From Eubacteriales bacterium (GTDB taxonomy: Bacteria; Bacillota; Clostridia; Oscillospirales; CAG-272), in the NCBI GenBank assembly GCA_034086705.1, contig JAXDZV010000030.1:14209-78208 (forward strand): a stretch of DNA of 64,000 nt, written 5' to 3'. Made by a program: the position numbers and the translations under genes. This document shows, in pieces, positions 43,354 through 53,723 of this stretch. The notes below the pieces were generated by a model that saw nothing but the letters and a program-made list of their open reading frames with translations, did not search any database and had not been told where the DNA came from. Positions within the stretch are counted from its first letter, which is position 1, and every line of letters begins with the position of its first letter.

Positions 43354-44265
43354 TTATCGCAGCACAACATATCCGACAAACAGTCCGACTGAAACAAGCA
43401 CCGCCGGTGAAAGCAAAAGCAGCAAGGTATTCCGCATCGCCGGTATCAACGCAACAGCAGATGCCGACGGTTCGTTGGCAATGCCTCGCTTGTAAAACAC
43501 TCGCTCTGCTTCGCCAAACGCAAGAATCAGAAAAAGGAAAAAGAGGCTGCCCGCTATAAAAACAAAAAAAGGTGTATTATCCGGCTTTTGCACAAACTCT
43601 CTGATATGTGGCTGCAAAAAAAGAGTGTAAAACCCATATCCGAGCCGTACAATGATACAAGGAAACACACTACGCGTCACATAAAAAACGAAACTGCTGA
43701 TCACGCCGACTAAAAATGCAATCGGAAATTCATAAGCAGAAAGCGATGTCAGCGCATACAGAAAAGACGACAGAATCATCGCAGCAAACATGCCGTATGA
43801 CGCATACTCCGTAAATAAAATACTGTGATATACAAATTCCTCTAAAAAAGCCGGCAAGATCACCGCTACAATGCTACCAAATAAAATGCTTGCAACATTT
43901 CCAGATGTCTGTGGCAGGATAAAGCCATACAGCCTTTGCTGTGTAAAGGTAATGGGAAAAATGTTTTCCATCCCAAGCCGCAACAGCGCACAAGCTGCAA
44001 CCAAAACTACCGTACAAATCAGAGAAAACAAAATACCGGAAAAGTCAACCAGACGGCAACACAACCGATCTAACGTCCACCCCCCTGTCAGCTTGCAGTA
44101 AAAAACGGCAGGCAACGCCATGACCACCAGTTGAATAATGGTCAAAGAGAGATACTCGCTTTCCGCCGGTAACAAAAAAGAGGCACAACATACACAAATG
44201 ACCAAAAGCAGTAAAACCGTCATGGGCAAAACAGGGGTCAGATAATACTTCCTCTTATCGCCCAA
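43354..44265 (-). CDS. Polytopic membrane protein, CPBP (CAAX protease)-like with degenerate motifs
   Basis: About 8 TM helices. An EEFVYHS motif resembles CPBP motif 1 (EExxxR). The downstream His motifs are not evident. Confidence 0.45.
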   Translation of the reverse strand: MGDKRKYYLTPVLPMTVLLLLVICVCCASFLLPAESEYLSLTIIQLVVMALPAVFYCKLTGGWTLDRLCCRLVDFSGILFSLICTVVLVAACALLRLGMENIFPITFTQQRLYGFILPQTSGNVASILFGSIVAVILPAFLEEFVYHSILFTEYASYGMFAAMILSSFLYALTSLSAYEFPIAFLVGVISSFVFYVTRSVFPCIIVRLGYGFYTLFLQPHIREFVQKPDNTPFFVFIAGSLFFLFLILAFGEAERVFYKRGIANEPSASAVALIPAMRNTLLLLLSPAVLVSVGLFVGYVVLR

Positions 44266-44860
44266 CCGCGAGCACCCCTTTCTCCGTCACGATCATGTCG
44301 ACGTTTAAGTCGTACCGACCACGCGGCACCGTCCGTAGCACATGATCGGAATACGCCAAACCAACTTTCACACCGAAAAAGGCACGAAGAAAGCGATCGT
44401 AATACCCCTTCCCATACCCCACTCGATAGCCATCCCTGTCAAATACGACTCCCGGTACAATCGCTACTGCATGATCCGCTTCTGCCCGGCTTTCATAATC
44501 ATAAACAGGTTGCGTTTGTGCAGGTTCAAACAATCCGTAGGCGCCGTCCTGGAGTTGTGCAAGGGAATGAACCGTATGGAAAACCATTCGCTTATCCTGC
44601 GCCACACAGCGCGGATATGCAATCGTTTTCCCATCGGCCAGTGCCTGATGCGCAATGGTATATGTTTCTATCTCTTCATCGGTAGATGCATACAGCAACA
44701 CCACACCCGCATTGCGGTAGGAAATGGAGGACAAAAAGCGTTTTGCAATCGCTTCATCCTTTTGCTGCCGCTGCTGCATATCCAAGTCGCTTCGCTTTTT
44801 TCTGTATTCCTCTCGCAACGCATTCTTTTTTTCACGTATCTCGGGGTAAAATTCCGGCAT
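44255..44860 (-). CDS. 5-formyltetrahydrofolate cyclo-ligase
   Basis: KNALREEYRKKR, VVFDRDGYRVGYGKGYYDRFL and VDMIVTEKG match the family pattern. Confidence 0.8.
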   Translation of the reverse strand: MPEFYPEIREKKNALREEYRKKRSDLDMQQRQQKDEAIAKRFLSSISYRNAGVVLLYASTDEEIETYTIAHQALADGKTIAYPRCVAQDKRMVFHTVHSLAQLQDGAYGLFEPAQTQPVYDYESRAEADHAVAIVPGVVFDRDGYRVGYGKGYYDRFLRAFFGVKVGLAYSDHVLRTVPRGRYDLNVDMIVTEKGVLAVGR

Positions 44861-44907
44861 TTCTTTTCTCCTTACCAATCAGCACAAGGACTTCTGTTTC
44901 ACTTATT

Positions 44908-45456
44908 CTATTTTGTTCCCAGCAGCGTACTTTGGCGTAGCTGCCGCGCAACGTCTTCGCCGCAAAGAAGATGTACAAGCTCCAAAGCAAATTGCAACGC
45001 AACTCCTACGCCGCGCGCCGTAATAATCGTATCGTCAACCATCACAGGCCGGTCCGACACGTTCGCGTCGAGCAACAGCTTTTCCATTCCGGGATAGCAC
45101 ACGGCGCACCGACCGGCCAAAAGCCCCCGCCTACCCAAAATAGTCGGCGCCGCGCAGATTGCGGCAATGTAAATGCCGCGTTCCATCGCATAGTCGATCA
45201 ATTCCTGTACCGTCTTGCTGGCATTCAAATGCTCTGTACCATCGCCGCCACCCGGCAGAATCAGCATCTCAAGCGCCGAAGAAAATACAATCTGTTCTTC
45301 TGTGAGATCCGCACAAATTTGCACGCCGTGCGCACCCGTTACCGTCTGTGTGCCGATTCCAACGGTATACACCTCAACCCCGGCCCGACGCAGCAAATCC
45401 AAAGGTGCAAGTGCCTCAATCTCTTCAAAGCCGTCCGCTAAACAAATATATACCAT
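44908..45456 (-). CDS. DJ-1/PfpI family protein
   Basis: DGFEEIEALAPLDLLRRAG, the nucleophile-elbow IAAICAAP, and LILPGG. Confidence 0.85.
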   Translation of the reverse strand: MVYICLADGFEEIEALAPLDLLRRAGVEVYTVGIGTQTVTGAHGVQICADLTEEQIVFSSALEMLILPGGGDGTEHLNASKTVQELIDYAMERGIYIAAICAAPTILGRRGLLAGRCAVCYPGMEKLLLDANVSDRPVMVDDTIITARGVGVALQFALELVHLLCGEDVARQLRQSTLLGTK

Positions 45457-45457
45457 G

Positions 45458-46150
45458 TCAGTTCTCCTTTCGTTTCAAGCTCTGTACAAGCGGCCAGGAC
45501 GACGCCAGCACGGCCTTAGCTATTTCTTCCCGCGGCAGCAACGTCCCCGCGCAACAACAATTGATTTTACACCACCCCAAGTGCTCACTTGCATACTCCG
45601 CAGCCGCATAGCAACTTTGCAAATATGCGCCGTCCGTTTCATGAATGTCCATCTCCCGTCCCGTTGCGGCGCTTCGCGCAGCAATCAGACGAGCGGAAAC
45701 CGACGGCTCCAAAGAAAGATAGATTGTAAGGTCCGGCTTTGGAAGCCCAAGGCGATTGAATTCAAAATCCCATAGCCACTGCAAAAAAGCATCCCATTGT
45801 GCACGAGGTAGTTTTGAAAGCTGATGTACGGCGTTCGCGGTTGTATAGCGGTTTGCGATTACCACTGTGTCCGGTCGATCCAGGTCATACTTCCAATCCG
45901 TCATATACGAAATATATCTATCCACTGAGAAAAAAGATGATGCGGCGTACGCGTTTGTGTCATCCGCATGCTTACCGAGCGCACCGCTGAGGTACAGCTC
46001 TGCAGCTGCTGCGCTTTTTTCACCGTAGCGCGGAAAGGAAAGTTCCCGAACACGTAGCCCGCGCTGTTCTAACGCGGCACGCAGCAAATGCGTTTGCGTC
46101 TCTTTGCCTGCACCATCCAAGCCGTCAATTACAATCAGCTTTCCCTGCAC
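45458..46150 (-). CDS. tmk: dTMP (thymidylate) kinase-like
   Basis: P-loop IDGLDGAGKETQ, SFPRYG and DRY motifs. 230 aa. Confidence 0.75.
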   Translation of the reverse strand: MQGKLIVIDGLDGAGKETQTHLLRAALEQRGLRVRELSFPRYGEKSAAAAELYLSGALGKHADDTNAYAASSFFSVDRYISYMTDWKYDLDRPDTVVIANRYTTANAVHQLSKLPRAQWDAFLQWLWDFEFNRLGLPKPDLTIYLSLEPSVSARLIAARSAATGREMDIHETDGAYLQSCYAAAEYASEHLGWCKINCCCAGTLLPREEIAKAVLASSWPLVQSLKRKEN

Positions 46151-46197
46151 CGTGGCCCCTCCTTTTTTTTTGCAATCTTTGGCTGTCTATCCTATAC

Positions 46198-48996
46198 TCA
46201 AACCTCTGGGTTTTCCTGTGTCTGCAATGAAGGATCTCGGTCTTGTCGCAGCTTTCGCTCCATCCATTGCTGCGGCGTAATCAGCACCGCACGTGGCTTT
46301 TGCCCGTCCGGTGGGCTGACAATCCCCATACGCTCCATACAATCCACCAGCTTTGCCGCTCGGCCGTATCCGAGTGAAAGACGGCGTTGTAGCAAAGAGG
46401 TCGAAATTTTTCCGCTCTCCACCGCAAGCGCTATTGCCTCGGGCAGCATAGGATCCTCGTCTTCCATGCCGTCTGTATCTGTCGCGCCGCCACGCTTTTT
46501 CTGCCCACACAGCTGTGCTTCCTTTTCGATGGTCTGCATGACTTCATCCTGATATGCGGCGCCTCCCGCATGTTTTTTCAGAAAATGAATGACCGCATCA
46601 ATCTCTTTTTCACTGACAAAGGCACCCTGTACCCGTTGCGGTTTCGATGCCCCCACCGGTGCAAACAGCATATCGCCTCGTCCGATCAATTTTTCGGCAC
46701 CGGCTATATCCAGCACTACACGCGAATCCATTTGCGAAGAAACTTTAAAAGCAATTCTGGAAGGAACATTCGCTTTGATCAAACCCGTTATTACATCCAC
46801 ACTCGGTCTTTGCGTGCCAATGATCAGGTGCATTCCGGCAGCACGTGCCTTTTGCGCCAAGCGACAAATAGATTCTTCTACATCGTCCGGCGCAGTCATC
46901 ATCAAATCCGCCAATTCGTCAATCACAATTACGATTTGTGACAAATGCTCTCGGTCAGGATCTTGCTCTGTTGCCTCATTGTACCCTTTCAAGTCCCGCA
47001 TGCCGACATCCTCAATCAGTTCAAAGCGGCGCTCCATTTCAGTCACTGCCCAATGCAACGCGCCTGCCGCTTTTTTCGGATCCGATACAACAGGCACCAA
47101 CAAGTGCGGAATACCATTGTAAATATTCAGCTCAACTTTCTTCGGGTCCACTAAAATCAGTTTCATTTCTTCCGGCGTTGCCTTGTACAAAAGGCTCATC
47201 AGCACAGAATTGATGCAAACAGATTTTCCCATGCCGGTTGCGCCGCAAATCAGAAGATGCGGCATTTTGGCTACGTCAAAATACACCGGTGCGCCAGCAA
47301 CATCTCGCCCAAGGCAAGCCGTCAGACGGCTTTTTGCAGCGCGAAATGTATCGCTATCGATCAAATCACGTAAATACACCGTGGAAACCACACGGTTAGG
47401 AACTTCTACGCCGACCGCACTCTTTCCCGGAATCGGCGCTTCGATGCGCACCCCCGGTGCAGCAAGATTCAGCGCAATATCATCCACCAAATTGGCAATC
47501 GCGCGCACACGCGTTCCTGCCTCCGGTGCCAATTCATAGCGCGTAATGGTAGGCCCGCGCGAAACATTGGTAATACGTGTGTGCACATGAAAACTTTCCA
47601 AAGTCTGTACCAGCTTTTGCGCATTCTCCTGCAGCTCCGCACTTGTATCCAAATTCAGATCACTCGTACCGCGCTGCAAAAGCGAAACAGGTGGGAAACG
47701 GTACTGCTTTGTTTGTTCCTGCTTTACGGATGATACCTGCTGTGTTGTTGCATGAAGCGATTGTTCCTGCTCTGTTGTCTCGGCGTCCTGCAATGTCTGC
47801 GCTTCTTCCGTTGAAAGCGGCTCCCGCTCTACTTGGAGCGTGATGTCTACCGCCTGTGTTGCCAAAGAAGAATGGTAACTGGCCTTACGATCATATTTAC
47901 CGGTCATTTCTAAATCTTTGGAATTTGCAAAAATTGCACTCAGGTCAATCTCTCCCGTGGGCACCTGCTGCGTCGGCTGTGCATATAGCGTTTCCGTACG
48001 GGTAGCGTCTACGGTGTCTGTGACATCTGCCATGTCGATTGTCTGTGCAGTTTGCTGCTGCATCGTATCTTCCGTAACCGCTTCATACGCTTCGTCAAAA
48101 ACAGCCTGATCAATCAAAGGGAACGCATCAAAAGCATCTGCATTTTTTGTAGATTGCGACACATCTTGCACGGGCGTGTCGGAAAAAGGTGCCTGTCCGA
48201 CATCATCAGAGTAGATATTTGGGTCAATGCGGTTCTTTGCATTTTTACGGTGGGCAGTCGGTGGCGCAGCGTTTGCATGCATTTGTGCCAATTGCTCTTC
48301 CCTGCGCCTAAGCTTTTCCTCAGAGGCAGAACGCGCCTGGGCGCGTCGCTGTGCTTCTTCGCAACGCTGCTCGCGATGACGTGCCATCCGGCAACGCAAG
48401 CTAACCAGCAGATATCGCGGCGTCAAGCCCACATAAAACAACGCGGGCAACGCAAAGCCGAAGCCGGCAATAATCCAGCTGAAAGCCGGACCAACCATTT
48501 GCAGCAAACCGGAACCGGTAAGTCCCCCCAGCACGCCACCCCCCCGCAGCTGCTGCCCCGCTTGATAATACACTTTAGGATCATAGGAAATACACGAATC
48601 ATCATGCCATAAATGCAGCAAAACCGTACACGTCAAAAGCACAAGCACGCCGAAAGTCAGCTTATAGCCCCTGGCACCGTTATCAACATCCTTACGCCAG
48701 AAAAAGCCTGCCAATATCAATTCAATTCCAAGGCAGAAAGCACCTGCACCGAACAATCCGGTCGTTACACTGCGCAAATTAGACCCAATGACTCCCGTCA
48801 GCGCAGGGAAAAACAAACACAGGATTAAAAACACACCACCCAAAACAAATAAATAGGGCAGAATCTGGTGCACCGCCCGATCGGAATTACGCCGGGAAGC
48901 TGCACTCGAACGAATCGCTTTTTTCTTGGAAGAAGAGACGGAAACAGACCCACCCTTCCTTGTCTTCTTTTTTCCCGCCAAAAGGTTTTCCTCCAT
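46198..48996 (-). CDS. ftsK: DNA translocase FtsK/SpoIIIE
   Basis: N-terminal TM helices, a low-complexity linker, a motor domain with GATGMGKS and IVIDELADLMM, and a C-terminal gamma wHTH (LLQRRLSLGYGRAAKLVD). Confidence 0.95.
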   Translation of the reverse strand: MEENLLAGKKKTRKGGSVSVSSSKKKAIRSSAASRRNSDRAVHQILPYLFVLGGVFLILCLFFPALTGVIGSNLRSVTTGLFGAGAFCLGIELILAGFFWRKDVDNGARGYKLTFGVLVLLTCTVLLHLWHDDSCISYDPKVYYQAGQQLRGGGVLGGLTGSGLLQMVGPAFSWIIAGFGFALPALFYVGLTPRYLLVSLRCRMARHREQRCEEAQRRAQARSASEEKLRRREEQLAQMHANAAPPTAHRKNAKNRIDPNIYSDDVGQAPFSDTPVQDVSQSTKNADAFDAFPLIDQAVFDEAYEAVTEDTMQQQTAQTIDMADVTDTVDATRTETLYAQPTQQVPTGEIDLSAIFANSKDLEMTGKYDRKASYHSSLATQAVDITLQVEREPLSTEEAQTLQDAETTEQEQSLHATTQQVSSVKQEQTKQYRFPPVSLLQRGTSDLNLDTSAELQENAQKLVQTLESFHVHTRITNVSRGPTITRYELAPEAGTRVRAIANLVDDIALNLAAPGVRIEAPIPGKSAVGVEVPNRVVSTVYLRDLIDSDTFRAAKSRLTACLGRDVAGAPVYFDVAKMPHLLICGATGMGKSVCINSVLMSLLYKATPEEMKLILVDPKKVELNIYNGIPHLLVPVVSDPKKAAGALHWAVTEMERRFELIEDVGMRDLKGYNEATEQDPDREHLSQIVIVIDELADLMMTAPDDVEESICRLAQKARAAGMHLIIGTQRPSVDVITGLIKANVPSRIAFKVSSQMDSRVVLDIAGAEKLIGRGDMLFAPVGASKPQRVQGAFVSEKEIDAVIHFLKKHAGGAAYQDEVMQTIEKEAQLCGQKKRGGATDTDGMEDEDPMLPEAIALAVESGKISTSLLQRRLSLGYGRAAKLVDCMERMGIVSPPDGQKPRAVLITPQQWMERKLRQDRDPSLQTQENPEV

Positions 48997-49119
48997 TTCT
49001 GCAAATTTTCTGCATCAAGAGCGAGAACTGCGGAAATACTACCCAAAAAGGCAAACGTTCCGCTGCACTGAACCAGCAATACCGCAAAGTGGGACACCGC
49101 ACACATGATAATACATCAT

Positions 49120-49148
49120 AGTATAGCATGTGCCGGATTTAAAATCAA
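49120..49148 (-). promoter_or_regulatory. Candidate promoter of ftsK
   Basis: On the minus strand: TTGATT, 17-nt spacer, TATACT with TGc (extended -10). Confidence 0.4.
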
Positions 49149-49173
49149 GTGATTTCAAACAAGGTTTTCAAAG

Positions 49174-49602
49174 ATGCTCCAATTTCTTCACCATATTTCT
49201 AAGACACTGCACGACGCATTTACTCCGCCGCAACAACGCAAAATACTGTTATTTTTGCTGGCAGGGAGTGCTTGTGGTTTTTTGTGTGGATTTTTTGGTA
49301 CCGGCGGCGGCATGGTGCTGTTTTTGGTAGGACTTTTTTGTACGGATGAGCAACCGCAAAGACTGTTTGGAACTGTCAGCGCGGTCGTTGCGCTTTGCTC
49401 GGTTGCTGCGGTATTGCCGCATTTGATTGCAACCCCGCTGAGCACCGAGCAATTTCAAGTCTATCTGCTGCCTGCAGCGGTTGGCGGTGCCGCAGGCGCT
49501 GCCCTGCTGCCGCATTTACCGCGCCGCCTTCTACAACATCTGTTTGCAGGTATGCTGCTCTTTGCAGGCGGCGTTTTGCTCTATCGGGGGCTGTGCACAT
49601 GA
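49174..49602 (+). CDS. TSUP (TauE/SafE) family transporter, half-size 4-TM protein 1
   Basis: A hydrophobic 142-aa protein with the GFFGTGGGM motif. Confidence 0.7.
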   Translation: MLQFLHHISKTLHDAFTPPQQRKILLFLLAGSACGFLCGFFGTGGGMVLFLVGLFCTDEQPQRLFGTVSAVVALCSVAAVLPHLIATPLSTEQFQVYLLPAAVGGAAGAALLPHLPRRLLQHLFAGMLLFAGGVLLYRGLCT

Positions 49603-49964
49603 GCGGCGCGGTACTTTCCCTGCTGCTCGGGGCCGCAGCAGGCGCCGGAATCGGCGGAGGCGGCCTACTCGTACTGTACCTTGCAGGCTTTTGCGGAATG
49701 GACCCGTATACAGCGCAAGGGCTGAACCTCTGTTTCTACCTATGTGCCATCGGCGGCGCCTTTCCGATGCATGCAAAAAACCACAGTCTTTCGCCCTTGC
49801 TTTTGCTATGCGCTGCTTTGCCTGGTGTTCCGCTCTCTTTCCTCGGAGCTCACCTTGCGGGAACACTTGTGCCGAATACAGCTCGCATCTATCTTGGAGG
49901 CTTTTTAATTATAGGTGGTTTGCTATCCTTTTTGCCGCGCAAACGTAAAGAAAAGGGGACGTGA
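49599..49964 (+). CDS. TSUP (TauE/SafE) family transporter, half-size 4-TM protein 2
   Basis: A 121-aa hydrophobic protein with the GAGIGGGGLLV motif. Its ATG overlaps the upstream stop (ATGA). Confidence 0.7.
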   Translation: MSGAVLSLLLGAAAGAGIGGGGLLVLYLAGFCGMDPYTAQGLNLCFYLCAIGGAFPMHAKNHSLSPLLLLCAALPGVPLSFLGAHLAGTLVPNTARIYLGGFLIIGGLLSFLPRKRKEKGT

Positions 49965-49978
49965 TCACGTCCCCTTTT
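49951..49978. terminator. Bidirectional terminator between the convergent TSUP and LtaS-like genes
   Basis: aaaaGGGGACGTGATCACGTCCCCtttt is a perfect 20-bp palindrome flanked by A4 and T4. Confidence 0.75.
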
Positions 49979-50002
49979 CTAAAAATGTTCTCTCCGCCGG
50001 CA

Positions 50003-52546
50003 CTACCGTGTCAACAGCATATAAAATGCCGCTGCCAGCATCATACGGTTGGCTGTGTTTGCCGCCTGCAAGATCACCTGCTCTTCTCCCGTGTGTGATC
50101 CGACCATATATCCTTTTTCATAGCAAAACAAGACTGCCTGCAACATCTGCGGCTGCAACTGCGGATATCTATCCGCATACTGCGCTGAGGTTGCAGCATC
50201 CGGCGCGTCTATAACATCGCCACGCAACTGCGCCGTTTGCTGAATGTATTGTGCCAACTCTCCGCGCGTAAGCGGTTGTGACAAATCTGTATCGGCCTGG
50301 GTGATATACCCGTTCTTCAGTGCCCACTGCTGTACCTGAGCATAGTTCATCTCGGTCTGTGCAGGTTGTTTTCCATCAGCCGAATTTGCCCGCATACGCC
50401 AGACAACGCGATACGCCATCTCTATGCCCTGCTGTCTGGTAACGGGGAGTTCTGTACCAAATGTCTCTGTATCCACCGGCGCCATATATCCGTTTTGCAC
50501 CATGTAATAAACGGCGCTTTGCGTCATAATGTTAACGTCGTTATATTGCCCGGGCAATTCACTCACGGCTGAATTGTCCGAATTGCGTTCAAAAGCAAAT
50601 GCATAATAGTCTGTATTCAAAATCGCAGTGGAAATTTCGAATTTTTCCTCCATACGGGAAAACAACGCCTGTTGCCGCTGTGTATCCGGCTGCGTGTCCG
50701 GTGCCCATTCATAACGCAAAGACTGCGCATCGTATATAAGCCCCTGCGATAAAAAGCTATGGTTGGAAAGAACAGCCATGTGTTCCATATTTTCTGCCAG
50801 TACATCTTCACCTGCCAACAGCCTTGAATCATACGGCAATCCAAGCAAATTCAAAACTGTTGGCAAAATATCAATGCTGGAGCAATATTCTTGCACATAG
50901 ACCGGTTCCTGCATCGTCGGTACATAACAGATGAACGCATTTCTATAGCGGTCTGTATCATTTTGCAGCGGCCCTGCCAATTCCGAAAATTGCGCATCGG
51001 AAAGGCCGTACGGATCGTGATCCGATGTCAGAACAATCATAGTCTTTTCTGCAATTCCTGCCTGCTGCAACTGTTCTACCAGATAAGAAAGTGCCTTTTC
51101 CAGTTCCAAATTGCACGCCAGATATGCTTTGACGCCTTCGCTGTACGGCAACGAATCTACTTCGCTGCGGTTTTTGGCGCACATAGGGTTATTCCAATCA
51201 TACTGATAATGGCCGCTGAATGTCATATAATAGGACACAAACGGCCTTTGCTCCGCAATGTAATCCGGCAGAGAATTTTCCATCATTTCAAGGTCAGATG
51301 ATGGCCAACTCATTGTAATATCTAACCCGGAGCCCACCGCCTTAAATTGGTAACCCATATTGGGATGCGTAATGTTGCGATAATAGAAATCACCGGTGTA
51401 ATTATGGTAGGCATATGCCCCCCATCCACGCTCGGAAAACAGATTCCCGTAGCAATACGGAAGATAGTGGTCGGAAGAAAGCGCAAAGCTTGATTCTGTT
51501 TTTGTTCGACTCATATCCGGCATCAACCCCATACAAAATGCGTATTCGCCGTTGGTCGTAGTATTTTTAAAGGAATTATAAAAGTTATCAAACACAAAAC
51601 CATGTGTAGCAAGGTGATACAGCGTTGGCGTGCGCTCGGGATCAATCACATACGGTGAAAAAGCCTCTGCACAGATTGCAATAAGATTATAGCCGCTACA
51701 CAAACCGGTATAATCATTTTTTTCCGTCGGCGTACGTGCGGAAAGGCGCGCTGTCAGCGCCTGCAGTGCCGTATCATCTGCCGCACGTTCTGCAAGTGCC
51801 TGAAAATCTATCTGCGTAACTTGATATTTGTTTGCATCCCACTGCAACACCTTTAAATCAGTCTGCATGGCCGCATCTGCTTGCGGAAATAGCATAAAAC
51901 GAGCTTGCTGCAACAACGATACATTCATTCCAAAGCAGTACACGCTGACATCCGTGTCTGTTTTACTGCTTTGTATCGTTTCATACAGTGTTGGCACGCC
52001 ACCGCTGTGCCGCATTGCTGTCAAATTGCCGCAGCACAGTACCAAAGCTGCCGCAAGCGGCGCAAACATCCATCTTTTTGCACGTATCAACGGAACTCGC
52101 CAGACCAGAAGCAGAATGCACAATCCAGCAAACGGTACAAGATACAGCAACAACACCCACAGACTTTGCCGAATCCCGACAAACATCTGATCTTTGAAAT
52201 TTGTAACCGCATCATTTCCCATTGCCACGGCGGATAGCGGCGCAAAGCCTTGAAAAATTTGGTAATACACAATCTGCACTTCAAAAATAAGCGTGTAAAA
52301 AAAAGTAATACACAGATGCAGTATACGATTGACCGTCTCGGGAAATAGACCGCAAAGAAAAGAAGTCAAAAAGCCCAAAGAAGCCGCAAACAGCAGCACG
52401 CACCATATGTAACTGCCAAAACTATGCTTTGCGTAAAGCTGCAAACCTCCCTCAAACAAGCAGAGCAGCACTGCAAACCAAAACCAGCGTACAAACAGCC
52501 CCGCGCGGTAGCGCGTAGCGTTTTGCTCTTGACTGACATGCATCAT
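50003..52546 (-). CDS. LTA-synthase/sulfatase-family membrane protein with C-terminal SLH-like repeats
   Basis: An N-terminal multi-TM block, a sulfatase-type core (TSDHDPYG and similar) and a C-terminal 185 aa with three SLH-like units. Confidence 0.75.
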   Translation of the reverse strand: MMHVSQEQNATRYRAGLFVRWFWFAVLLCLFEGGLQLYAKHSFGSYIWCVLLFAASLGFLTSFLCGLFPETVNRILHLCITFFYTLIFEVQIVYYQIFQGFAPLSAVAMGNDAVTNFKDQMFVGIRQSLWVLLLYLVPFAGLCILLLVWRVPLIRAKRWMFAPLAAALVLCCGNLTAMRHSGGVPTLYETIQSSKTDTDVSVYCFGMNVSLLQQARFMLFPQADAAMQTDLKVLQWDANKYQVTQIDFQALAERAADDTALQALTARLSARTPTEKNDYTGLCSGYNLIAICAEAFSPYVIDPERTPTLYHLATHGFVFDNFYNSFKNTTTNGEYAFCMGLMPDMSRTKTESSFALSSDHYLPYCYGNLFSERGWGAYAYHNYTGDFYYRNITHPNMGYQFKAVGSGLDITMSWPSSDLEMMENSLPDYIAEQRPFVSYYMTFSGHYQYDWNNPMCAKNRSEVDSLPYSEGVKAYLACNLELEKALSYLVEQLQQAGIAEKTMIVLTSDHDPYGLSDAQFSELAGPLQNDTDRYRNAFICYVPTMQEPVYVQEYCSSIDILPTVLNLLGLPYDSRLLAGEDVLAENMEHMAVLSNHSFLSQGLIYDAQSLRYEWAPDTQPDTQRQQALFSRMEEKFEISTAILNTDYYAFAFERNSDNSAVSELPGQYNDVNIMTQSAVYYMVQNGYMAPVDTETFGTELPVTRQQGIEMAYRVVWRMRANSADGKQPAQTEMNYAQVQQWALKNGYITQADTDLSQPLTRGELAQYIQQTAQLRGDVIDAPDAATSAQYADRYPQLQPQMLQAVLFCYEKGYMVGSHTGEEQVILQAANTANRMMLAAAFYMLLTR

Positions 52547-52576
52547 ACCATGGATTCTCCGATTTCAACAAATGGG

Positions 52577-53446
52577 TTATAAAAAAGGTGGTGTATAGCA
52601 CGCCTGTGCCGATTCTTTTTCCTGAAAATACCCGTCAAATCCGTATCGCAGCACAACCTGTGCCACGCTGTCATATTCAAAGCTTGTAACCCTACGGCTA
52701 AGCTCCGGCGCGTTTGGAACAACGCGGCAGGGGGTATACTGCCGCAACAATGACACCTGTAGCTGCTGCGGTGAAAAATGCGTTCCCAGATATTCCATCA
52801 GTGCTATACTGTCCCTGCGATGACCGGGTAATACCAGATGGCGCACCAGCGTTCCTCGGCATAATATACCGTCTGCATCAAATACACACGGGCCGCTTGC
52901 CGCAACCATATAGGAAACAGCGCGTGCAGCCACGGAAAAATAGTCCGGTGCAGCACACATTTTGAAAGACAGGTCGGAATCATAAAATTTTAAATCCGGC
53001 AAGTACACATCTACTACGTCACGCAAAAGTGCAAGCGTTTTGGTGGTTTCATAGGCACTGCTGTTCCAAACCACCGGAATGTGCAACTCTGCACGCACGG
53101 AACGCAGAGCCCGCGCGACAGAATCCGCATACGGGGTTGCAGTTACAAGATCCAGCGTCTGACAGCCCTGTTCCTGTAAAGACAAAAAAATCCGTGCCAA
53201 CTCCTTCTCCGTATACGCATGGCCGACACCGCCGCAACTAATTGCGGCATTCTGGCAGAACACACAATGCAGCGGACAACCGCAGAAAAAGACAGCGCCG
53301 GCACCGTGCGTCCCGCTGATTGCCGGCTCCTCCCAAAAATGCGGTGCAGCGCGGGCAATACGGATTTGTCCGTCTGCGCCGCATATCCCAGGCCGGCACG
53401 TTCTGTCTGCTCCGCAGGCACGGGGGCACAGTCGACACTCCTTCAT
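52577..53446 (-). CDS. Radical SAM protein (PflX-like putative activase)
   Basis: N-terminal CRLCPRACGADR..C cluster and radical SAM CPLHCVFCQN. The start is uncertain (53446 or 53458). Confidence 0.8.
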   Translation of the reverse strand: MKECRLCPRACGADRTCRPGICGADGQIRIARAAPHFWEEPAISGTHGAGAVFFCGCPLHCVFCQNAAISCGGVGHAYTEKELARIFLSLQEQGCQTLDLVTATPYADSVARALRSVRAELHIPVVWNSSAYETTKTLALLRDVVDVYLPDLKFYDSDLSFKMCAAPDYFSVAARAVSYMVAASGPCVFDADGILCRGTLVRHLVLPGHRRDSIALMEYLGTHFSPQQLQVSLLRQYTPCRVVPNAPELSRRVTSFEYDSVAQVVLRYGFDGYFQEKESAQACYTPPFL

Positions 53447-53596
53447 ATTCATCTCCATTTTCCGCTTTTGCATGCAAATGCTGTGACATATCTTTTTCCC
53501 GACTATCATTGTACCACATCGTTTTGCAATTGTAAAACGATTTCGTAAAGGAATCGTGAATTTCTCGCAAATTCGTCCATTTGGAGGACAAAATCA

Positions 53597-53626
53597 TTGA
53601 CAATCTCCCTCCGAATATGTTACAAT
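53597..53626 (+). promoter_or_regulatory. Candidate promoter of the MinD-like / MGS-like pair
   Basis: TTGACA, 18-nt spacer, TACAAT with TGt (extended -10). Confidence 0.45.
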
Positions 53627-53723
53627 GTGATGACAAGCAGGGAATGATTTGATCCGCTTTTGTGCACAACCGCCGATCGTCGACACCTATCCTTGCGAAA
53701 GCACTGCAAAGGGGAGAGGGAAG

